Shown: one piece after another, positions 53,001-64,000 of the stretch
How positions within the stretch are numbered: the stretch's first letter is position 1
Layout: each line of letters begins with the position of its first letter
From: Trichosphaerium sp. ATCC 40318
Taxonomy: Eukaryota > Protista > Tubulinea
DNA: 64,000 bases
Direction: 5' to 3'
Assembly: GCA_038496445.1 (NCBI GenBank)
Contig: JALMLS010000361.1
Location: 186,001-250,000 of the forward strand
The notes under the pieces: model-generated
What the model was told of the DNA's origin: nothing
The model's input: the letters and a program-made list of their open reading frames with translations, nothing else
Database searches by the model: none
Translations under genes and position numbers: made by a program

Positions 53001-54599
53001 CTGACCTAGTGCAAGTTAGAAAATACTCAAAAGTATTAAACTAGGTACCTTCTGGAACGCTCAATATATTTGTCAATCCAAAGTTTTTAACAATCTTTTC
53101 TACAATAGTACACACGCCATCAATAGCCTCTACATTATCGCTACACAAGAAATATTAAATTATATCATAAAACAACAACGCACCCTGACTGAGACATTAA
53201 ATGTTGTGTAACTTGGATAAGTTTTTGTAAATGTGCAAGGCGTGAATTCTTGTTTTCGAAGACATTCCCATCTGAAAAGTTAAGTTAATCTACAAATCCA
53301 CACGTATTTACCTAAGCATGCTAGAGCAGATATACCGCCAACTATTGAAAAATATGCTTCTTGTTGCTTGACAAATCCGTAAACCTTCAAAAAACAATTA
53401 AAACTGAGTAAAAGTAACATCAATTACGTTAGCATAAAATTGAAGTATCCTCGTGTCTTTTAACAGCAAATCTCGCCACGCAGCGCCTGGTTCGATTGTT
53501 ACTGAATTTCCAGTGTCTAGAATACCAAGGAATTGGCCTATTCAATGCGATTGAGTGGATAGTTTAGTGACTGGATTATGGTGCTTACCATAATTATCAA
53601 AAGGCCATGTCAAGACTGAACATATAACTTTCAGACCGCTTCTGAAATACTCTAGATCACGTGTTTTTTGTAAAGATTGTTCCATTAGAAGTAAAGCATA
53701 TCTCATGACGTCTAATAGATCTTTTTGCTATATACAAAGTAAGGAGCTTTGGATATAAATAATTGTTAAAACCTGGAATGATTTGAAACAACTGCAATGA
53801 AATTCACGCGAAACTCCAAGCCCAGATGCACTTCTAAAGGAACTAAACTCATCTACAGTAGCATTCAAGAGCTCAAGAGCAATTTTTAGCTATGAAATAA
53901 TGTCAACAACGATGCAATGAGGATAACACAAGTATCTTATACCTGCGGTATTGTGCCTTCTCGCAATTTGTTAAGGTTCTGCCAGAACGTGTCACGAAGA
54001 GCTTTGTGGAATTCTCCTGCTTGTAGCGTATCCTGATCAATCCAACCACGCTTCATAATCAAAGCAAGGCACTTACAAGCCTACGAAAAATGTTACAAGC
54101 ACAGTCACTACGAAGAATAAAAAAAAAGTACTTGGTTTATGTTGTACGCCTTTGCTGTTTCTGCTCTTGTCACGATGTACGATAATATAAAATCCCGCCA
54201 TTGTATAACCTGTAAAGGAGGGAGAGTATGCCATTGTGTAGGAATAACGTCCTAGTAATGTGTCACGCTTGAAAAAAGTCACAATAGTGATTACCACAAC
54301 GTACCTTCAACGCTGTAAAAATCTGGTACTGCATCGCTTCAGAGGCATTGTTTTCTATGAAGAAGTGACTAAAACGTTCAAAGACGCGCCCATAGCGTAT
54401 ATTGGCGTACCTAACGCGTACTGGCTGACCGCCAACGCTTGAGGAGAGTTTCTGAATTGTAACAAGAACTCATGCCCATGAGAAGAGGGATTTTGCTATT
54501 ACTAGGTGTTATAGTTGCTTTCTCGGTGGAGCGTACACTAAATGCAAGACACGCGGCCTCAAGTTTCTGTGCTATCTGTCTTATCTCTGTTTGTGCCAT
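50005..54599 (-). CDS. XPO4: Exportin-4-like karyopherin
   Basis: LEAACLAF...FLLQFRNSP; IMKRGW; LEELNWLLLISGYVLAD...ETPCIP; LNYPDISSQYFTL; ends FVFSVRSFT*. Confidence 0.85.
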
Positions 54600-54859
54600 T
54601 TTGGAGCGCTAAACTGAAAAACGAGTGTTGTTCAGTACAAAATAGACAGGCGGGATTTTTAAATGTAGCGTTGTATTACGTGTGTTTGTATAAAGTGTTA
54701 GCGATTGACAAGTGCTGCCAGTTGCTTAGCTTTGTTCGAAATGTTGTGAGAATTCAAAAAATTCGGTTTGACTTCTGTAGCTGTACGTCAAACTTCTGCT
54801 CAGAGCGTCTCATAGCAATACACACTATTAAACAGCTTTAAATTTCCAACTGCGACAGT

Positions 54860-55977
<1,118 letters not shown>

Positions 55978-56069
55978 AGTTGCGCGTAGACGGTTTTGTT
56001 GGTTAAGTTGGTTGTAAATGAGTTAAGGGAATGTACAAACAGTTTTTGTGTGATTTTAGTAAAAAACGT

Positions 56070-58191
56070 ATGTCGTATCACCCACCAGCTCTTCATCAAC
56101 TGTTTATTTTCAACCCGTTACTTGGGCCCAAAGAGCATGAACAAGCAAAAAAAATATTATATTTTCATCCACCCACAACGTCAATGGATATACAAATGGG
56201 TGCCATTGGCTTGAGCGAAGGGTTGATTAACTTTACAAAGTGCGTTTTGCGTTAAACAAAATACGATATTAACCCAAAAGAACTTTCGCTGGTGACAAAC
56301 CATGCGAAACTATGCACACATTGAAGCATAAACACGTCTATTATTCGCCTGAGGAAGACTTCTGGATAGTGTTGGTGCGTGAACATTTTAAAGCGTATAA
56401 AGCGCCTACTATAGCGTAGGTCGTAAGCTGTCCAAAGATTGTGCGAAGTGGCGCTGATGAAGACGAAAACAAAGGCGTTGACTGGCAAGAGCATCAAATT
56501 GATGACATTGCCTTACATAATGTCGTACGACAAATCTACAATAGATTTAGGGTGCGTATATAAAATGTCAACAAGATTTCGTTCTGGTGCGGTTCTTAGA
56601 GCCTCTAACTGTTCGAAATAGATTTTTAATGGCACTCTACAACGCCTTTTAACAAAGAAAGGCCCTGAGGGACTAAAACAACGTCTTTTGAGTACAATAA
56701 CAAATCTCGTTCTACAAGTTGATTTCGAGCACGTAGACCTCTTTACAACGCTCGACGGTACTCTAAGGGATCATTAATAGCAACATTTCTAAGTCTGGTA
56801 TCTAGGCATGCACTTCCTACCTGTTAATAAGAACGTCTATTTACGTATACAATCATTTATAAACTTGACTGAAGACAACTTTAAAGGTACACAAAAAAAA
56901 GAAGTAACAAATGAAGCTACTTCCTTTTTCGTAAATTTTCGCTGTTTGTGCTACCAGTAAGTTTTTCTTAACTCTTTTATTAGAAGAAATAGCATATTCA
57001 GCATTTCTTTATAAGGATAATTTAGTTTGGAGCGGCCTTGGTAAGTCTGGATGATGAGATCGCTTTTCTTTTTTTTTGTAACTTTTTTGTTTTACTTTTT
57101 TGTTGATCCGTGTCTATTAGAGCAAGAGGATATGAGAATTTTCTATAACTACCTGGTACTATTGATCTAAAACTATCACTACTATAGCCTTGTTACTGAC
57201 TCTTTTATTTTGTTGTAGAATGATTTGAGAAAACATACTAGTTTTAAAAGAAAGAGTGGATTTGTTACTGGTCCTAATGATATCAGAGATACTAATACAG
57301 AAATTGTTGTGCCTTCTGTCTATATTGGAGAGGATGCATCAAAAAAATACTCTTTTGTTATCTTCAAGGTGCGTATCACGTGATTTTTTGTTTCAGTTCC
57401 AAAAAACCAAACTCCTACCACGTGACCTATTTATCGCTTTGCCGTTGTGAAAAAACAAAAAGTACAATATGGGGTAGCGTTGAGGACTAGTTGGGTTTTT
57501 TGTTTGCATGTTGTGAAGTGCTAATTTAGAATTTGTTTAGAAAGGTGATATTACTTGCTTGTATTTGGTTCAACCTAAGGCTGCACATACACTACAATTC
57601 TATCACAGATTATTCGATACAATAAGAGAACATATTGAATTCTTAGATCCAATTATCCAAGAACATTACAGTCGTAGACAAGGGTAAGAGAACACAGAAA
57701 AAAATGCAACTTTTTACTAAGAAAATGATTTTGACATTTGTTAGGGTTGATGACGAGTATCGCTACATTTATTTTAATCACATGAATCTTGCGCTAAAGA
57801 CATCGCTTAAATATAGAGGAAATGAATTATCTAAAGATGTTGTGCGGTTACTTAATGAAATGCATAGCGACTTAGCTGGGTAAGTTTCTGTATTTTTGTT
57901 GCTGCAAGAAAATTTTGAGAAAAAAAACCAACATGTTTTTTCTCTTTGTTGATATCCTGAATAGGCCTGATAATATCAATGAAGTCATGGTTCGTACTCA
58001 AGGAGATGGATGGATTGTTGGGAAGAAGTCTGACCAACGCGAATTTTATGTCATCTTTGACAATAAGAGCGCAAACTTGTTGGAAATTAATGGTGAAGTC
58101 CAAAAAAAAAATTTCTTTTTGACTTATTTTTTCTGTAGATCAAGTTAAAAAGTTGAGTGATACGTACTTTAGTAGTATTTTTATTGGTTGA
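56070..58191 (+). CDS. CCZ1: Vacuolar fusion protein CCZ1 (Mon1-Ccz1 Rab7 GEF subunit)
   Basis: FIFNPLLGPKEHEQAKKILYFHP...IGLSEGLINFT; YIYFNHMNLA; DGWIVGKKSDQREFYVI. Confidence 0.92.
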
Positions 58192-58457
58192 AAAAACTAG
58201 AACAAAATATTTAATAAAACACATCAAAAGCATCAAAAAAAAACATACGACTGTTTGGTGGATAAAAACTTTAAAGTGATGTGACAATTTTTTGATGAGG
58301 TTGTAATGTAAAATATTACTGTACATCAAAGTCAAGTACATGTGTTTGTTATCAATACTATAGTTTAGGTATTTGCGTTTATTTACAGCTAGTTTGTACA
58401 AAGATAACCAAAAAAACACCTCCTATGTTCAAGAACTAAGGCAAACAAATGGATTTA

Positions 58458-61260
58458 CTAGTGAACTAAAATTTGGGAAGCCTGCATGCCTTTGTCTGTG
58501 GCATCTAATATTACTATTAACCACGATCCTGATAATTATGTTTACTTACGTTCTGAATTAAAGTGATCATCTTCCGGAAGGTGAATTTGTTCTTGTTCAT
58601 TGGTTTTTAGCAAATTTACAAAATTTGATGTTGCATCTGTTATCAGTTTTGTCAATTGCTTTTTATCGCCTGGAACCCACCAATAAGGTACAGATACGAG
58701 AATAACACCTAGACCATCATTAAAAGTGATCATTGGCAGAATTTTAAGCACAAATAAACATGAACGGAAACTGTGATCAGCTAACAAAGTCTAAGATTCT
58801 TACCTATTTGTCGACAATATTGAACTTTCTGGGCATCAAGAGACTTTGTAATTGCAGATGGTGCTGCAAACCGGAACACATCATGGTAGTGCTGCTCTCC
58901 TATGATGAAAGAAGGTTACATTTTGTGTTTGTTCAATGTTTGTGACTTGTCATTTAATGATTGTACCTTGATACTCAAGTGCTAAGTTTAGAAGTGGAAT
59001 ATAAACATCTACTGTTACTTCTTTTTGTGATAAATCATTTAGCCCAATTGAATGCTCCTCTCGTACAATAGTGTTTGGAAATAAAGACTTTACAGTATTC
59101 ACCAAAACACTATTTAAAAAAACTGTTAGTTTCATAAAGATTACAGGCTATGGAGGGAATCCACGTGTCAGTATAGTTGTACTATAGTGCCATAAAAGAG
59201 AGTTGTGGCAACCTTTGCAGTTCAAATCGTTCAAACTCTTCGCTTCCTTTTTCCCAGGCTTGAAAGTGTTGTATAAGCGAAATACCTTAGGTATTTCTGG
59301 TGGAAAAAAAAGGTAGGGTTTGAACGAAGAGAACTGTGGCTGCGCAACTAAATGTTCTTTTGTACCCTTGTAAAGATTTTTTGCTCATTAGCGAGAACTT
59401 TTTCCAATCCCATTTTTTGTTTGGATACATTACTTGAAGGATATGAGGGAAAAGTGTTGTTGTGCACAAATCATGGAGGTTTCTGAATTGCTCATTTGAT
59501 ATTCTGTACCTACGAGATAAGATAAGTACCAATTGTACAAAGAAAAAAAAAGAGAAAAAAGACAAGAACATTAGAAGATAAACGTCACTATACCACATGT
59601 ATGGATCTGAAATGTCAAGCATTTGTTCCACTTTTTTAATATACTTTATCTGGTTTTGTTCTGTTCTCCAGAACGCTGTAGGTGTACGCCTAAATATGGA
59701 GTATTTAGTTTGATTACCAGATAAAAAGCAATATTGGAGAATATTGATGCATAACGTACTTGAAGGATAATGGAGACCACTTGTACTTTGGATAGAGGTT
59801 TACGAGAGTCCGATACAAAGAATGATTATACCTGTACCAAGTTAACAAAATAGCTGCGCAACAAACATGATTTTCCTCTCTTTTGTTGAACTTAAAGTTG
59901 CTGATAAAAATTACCTTTTAAGGACACTTGTTGCTCCAATTTCTTGTATTTCAGGGGCTTTAGCGTTATACCATTCATCCATGGTTTTGTATCCTAACTC
60001 ATGAGCAACTTCATTAAAGCTATCCACTTGGTTTTGTTTACTATCCCAGTAGCTATGAGGTGCACAACTAACCCATAAAAACCTTGTAAGTTGGAAATCT
60101 AAAATATTTTTAGATTGTACGTGAACTTCCATGGTAGCCATCTGAACTCTGGATACAACGCCGTCATTACGTTATACATTGATGTCTTATACCTACAAGT
60201 AAAATAAATAAATACCGTTATGACTTGCCACAGTAAATGAATGAAAAAAACCGGCTTGAACCTGTTAATTATGCTAATTCCGCCAGATTTTTGTATTATT
60301 GCGTTTGTAACATTGTACCAATCTGTCATTACTTTAATACCAATATTTTCAGCTATGGTATCAAAGCGTGCTCGTTGGTTTTTCTTGTCTTCCCAGCAAC
60401 CTACTGGAGCTGTACTAAATCACAATTAGACCAATCACGTGATAAAAAAGTAGAAAAAAAAAAAGTTTTTTGTTGCTCGTTACCTGAAACGCCAAGGTTC
60501 CCAAACTATCTCTGGATAGATAGTTTTAAGTGTCAAGTACAACGAGCCATTGTGCCTAATTAGGTAAATTACAACGTAATTTCGTTATCCTAAAACAAGT
60601 ACTCCCAGTGTCTACAAATGTAATGGAACGTACAAGGCTAGTATCCGCTGTCCACCATCAAAATTAGCTAGGTCAGCTACAACAACGTTATACCATTTGC
60701 TTGGTCTATCAATGCCTAGTTCCACTGAAATCTGATCGTATCTTTTACGTTTGTTTGCCATACTATTCCAGTATCTCATTGGTGCATTTCTTTTATGTTT
60801 GTGAGTTTTCATTTAATTGGCTGCGAAACTTGAAGTTTGTCATGGTTCTCAACCCTTACCTGAACTTCCAAGGCTCCCAATAAAACTCTGGGAATACTGA
60901 TTTAAGCATAGTGCTCATTGAGCTGGAGTATCTAAAGCAACATGAGTGGTTGGAGTTGAAGATTGTATTCATTGAAAGTGTCACTTTCGTAGTTTAGCCC
61001 TGTAAACGATACTGCTGTCACAATTATAATCATTGCGTACAAAGATATTAGCTTACTGTAGCCTCTCTTCAACATTTGGTGTTTTGTAATATAATACCAG
61101 TCCTCATACAAGCGTACATGTAGTATAGGCGCCAGCTCATTCAATAATCTACGTTGATAGCGCTTATCCCGGAAAATGTCTTGTGTGTATAAATTTAAGA
61201 GCAAATGGTATTTTTCGCACTCTCAGTGACCGGTTGGGCGACTGTTCGACTTAATCTCAT
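58458..61260 (-). CDS. Paralog of 44603-47072: five ~70-aa repeats + PD-(D/E)XK/RAP-like nuclease domain
   Basis: Repeats such as APHSYWDSKQNQVDSFNEVAHELG...DEWYNA...RYNHSL...LYPKYKWSPLSF; C-terminus TVDVYIPLLNLALEYQG|EQHYHD...GVILVSVPYWW; last exon uncertain (alternative stop at 58542). Confidence 0.8.
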
Positions 61261-61400
61261 CTTTGGCTCTATCTATCGCGAAAAACCCTGTAGAACGTAA
61301 AAAATAGCCTCTCCATCACGCCAATTACTCCAACGCTTCGTTTATCACAATCACGGTTGGTTTTTAATCAGTCAATTTGTTTCATAACAGCAAAACCACA

Positions 61401-63267
61401 ATGGAGGAAGGAGATGAATACATGCTTGTAGTGTACTCTGTTAAACTATTGCCGACGACGAAACTTACACCAGACACAGTGATGCCGTTTCTTGACAAAT
61501 TTGGACAAGAGTACGTTAATTTATTATAAACAACATCTCTAATGCATTAGGTGTGGTCCACCAATCTCTTTTCCGGCTGGTACGGTGTTTAAGTTTTTTG
61601 AAGTCATAAAAGAAGTTACAACGCTGGATATATTGAGTCTGGTTGGTGGCGGTACTGTTGGTAGTGATTATCCACCAGAAGATAGTTTGTGCTGTGGTAT
61701 TTTACAACCAGTACGCTATTACGCGTAATCTCGCTCTAAAACTGTCAACAGGAAGTGACACTTGCGTCAGCAGCAAAAATTGAATACTTGACAGAAAACG
61801 ATAAAGACGACTACACAAAGGCTACAAACGAGGCAAAGAAGAGAGGAGTACGTACATCTAACCTACTATGTGCTTGAACGAAGAAAGTTGGGCCAAAAAC
61901 TTAACAGTCTCACAATTTTTTAGTTGGATACAGAGTGGTTTATGACAACTGCAAGAGCGCTCGGTAACGCCTTTGCTGAAAGACTTAAAAAAGGAGGCGA
62001 TACTATCGCAATATTTGAGTAGATGTATAAATAAACTAAGTGTCACATTTCCTTGCAATGTATTCAACTTTTTGAAATGCTTCGCTGAAAATTTTGGCTG
62101 GAAAATGCGCGATTGCGGACCAAAATCCATTAGGCTAAACAAAACTGTGAGACAAAATCTACAAACACTAAAAACTCTGCAACACAATGCTTAAAGGTTG
62201 GTCATTCCGTAATATCTCTAGAGGTACATTAAAACATTGTTTGAACATAATAAAAAAAACCCAACTTCATTATTGTAACTAAAATCGCCTTAGAAACTAC
62301 CCCAGTCATAAGACTAAACCCTACAACCGTTTTACCAGACGAACTGTTAATGGAAATTTTTACACTACTACTCGACGAAACTGTTTATGGGGTACGCTTA
62401 AACGCTCTACTATACACCACGTAGTTAGATTAATTATTTTTAGACGCTACCATTAGTTTCCAAACGATTTAATTCACTAAGTAATGATGATTTGTTATGG
62501 CGATACTTTTGTAAGATGTCCTTTCCTCATTTAAAAGCACCAGTCGGTCTTAAAAGTTGGCGTAAATTCTACGTTGACAGTCAACTCCACGAATGGCGCG
62601 TTGCCCGTGCACGCGAGACTACAATAGTACAGAAATTAAAGGATGGTTTAATGGACCGCTGGACAGGTTTAAAGAGCAGGTAAGAATAAACAAGCAACCC
62701 GAAGAATTATTTTTTTCTGACATGTTTTGTAGATTGTTGGGTGAACAACAAATGGTTATTTCTGGTCCTACATCGTGCACACATACAATGCATATTGGTT
62801 TTGATGCAAATGGATTCCAAACACGTGGTATACCAGAAGAATGGCGTGTAGGATTAGCATCAAACTCAGATGAAGAGGAAGAGCCTTTAGAACGAGTAGA
62901 GGATGCCATCAAAATTGAAACTGAAGACAGACTTGATTTTGATGCAATGTCAACTGCTGAGGATATGTCTATGTCTCTTGACGATTCAGATTCCGATAGT
63001 GTATCTATGTTTGGAGACGAAGAAGATATTAAATCTATTGAAGATATGCATACTAGAACAGAAGAACTAACGTACGAAAATAATTAATTACAAAAAAAAC
63101 TTAAAACATTCGCATTCTGGCAGTGTTTTTACGGTTTTTTAATTTACTGCGCTCTCTTGAACTGTTTACTAATATCGCGTAGGACCGTTTCTATGCCTGC
63201 TCCACCACTACCACCTACAGCTATGACAAACGTATCTGAAGATGAGACTGATGATGACGATTGGTAG
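61401..63267 (+). CDS. F-box + CRIB protein with polyproline segment and acidic Trp C-terminal tail
   Basis: F-box LPDELLMEIF...LVSKRFNSLSNDDLLW; CRIB ISGPTSCTHTMHIGF...GIPEEW; last exon after intron 63072-63182 gives PAPPLPP...EDETDDDDW*. Confidence 0.8.
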
Positions 63268-63357
63268 ATAAACCAACCGTTATGTAAAAAAGAAACAAAC
63301 CAATTTTTTGTAAATAAACCCCATAAATGACATTATAATCATCCAGGTTTTTGGCAT

Positions 63358-64000
63358 TTATCGCGTGTCTACAGATGATGCTAGAGTATCGAATGCGTTT
63401 GCAAAACTAATATAATCTCCCAACTCATTGTATACTTGGCATGACACTCTTATAAACCTTCTTTGACGCATCTGTGTGCCTTCAAGAACTGGTATTTCAT
63501 ATCCTGTTATCTACATCTTTCTTTTAGGTTTTGTAATTAAGAAAAAAGAGCAACGTACCCATGCATTGTAATTTGAAATAAGTTGGGCCAGCATTTTGTT
63601 AAGATCCCAAGTATAACAGATTTCAGGGTCCGGGTGATTACAAGGGAATTGAACGTTTGTCATTGACGCCATCATATCAAGTGGTATAGGTAGCGTTGTG
63701 TTCCATCGAGTTGACATGAACAAAGCTAAATACTCAACTCAGTATTCAAATTGATCGGTGGAAATGTTTCGGTTTTCGTACTGGCGTTTCTGCACAGATC
63801 ATTGTTGTATTTGTACCACTCTCTATCCCCAACTTTAAGTCTAAATATAGTTATAAGTGTGCAACTTGTAGCGCGAGTACCTATAATTAAGAGCGTCTTC
63901 AACAGAAAGCCAGGCACTGTAATCACGTGTTCCGATAAATCCAAACTCCTTTATGTATCCTATAACAACTTAGTTTGTCTGAGTTTTATCGACAGTACCT
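63358..64000 (-). CDS. C-terminal part of a class V PLP enzyme (cysteine desulfhydrase / Egt2 / isopenicillin N epimerase-like)
   Basis: FGFIGTRDYSAWLSVEDALNYR...MMASMTNVQFP...FIRVSCQVYNELGDY; 5' end lies outside the window. Confidence 0.8.

Noticed and set aside
57940-57965. U12-type intron signal (ATATCCT)
   Set aside because: It lies near the 3' end of an ordinary GTAAG...TAG intron, not at a donor position

Overview
Gene-dense, AT-rich eukaryotic nuclear DNA with about 27 protein genes. Most are split by very short GT-AG introns (typically 35-60 nt; donors GTACG/GTGCG/GTAAG, CTAAC-like branch points). Splice style and gene repertoire suggest an amoebozoan protist (inference). The ORF track shows mostly exon fragments, so genes were spliced by hand and boundaries are best estimates. 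Recognisable genes: UTP6, SUMF1, PARN, exportin-4, CCZ1, a UBE2D/E-type E2, PLD-type cardiolipin synthase, purple acid phosphatase, M12B metalloprotease, RhoGAP, a TOG/CLASP protein and a class V PLP lyase. Main points of interest: (1) two paralogous proteins made of tandem ~70-aa repeats plus a C-terminal PD-(D/E)XK nuclease-like domain, with the repeats on symmetric phase-2 exons; (2) the long introns examined fold into multi-branched stems that would shrink them toward the short modal size; (3) unusual motif or domain fusions (ABBA-KEN-D-box APC/C-inhibitor-like protein, SIM-tailed E2, CaaX-tailed PARN, F-box-CRIB-DDDDW, YEATS-2OG oxygenase-F-box, RCC1-RhoGEF-PI3K-like); (4) probable horizontally acquired genes (endonuclease I-LTD, DUF2157-like, an intronless MORN gene plus a decayed copy). 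No rRNA, tRNA, CRISPR array or intact transposon was seen.
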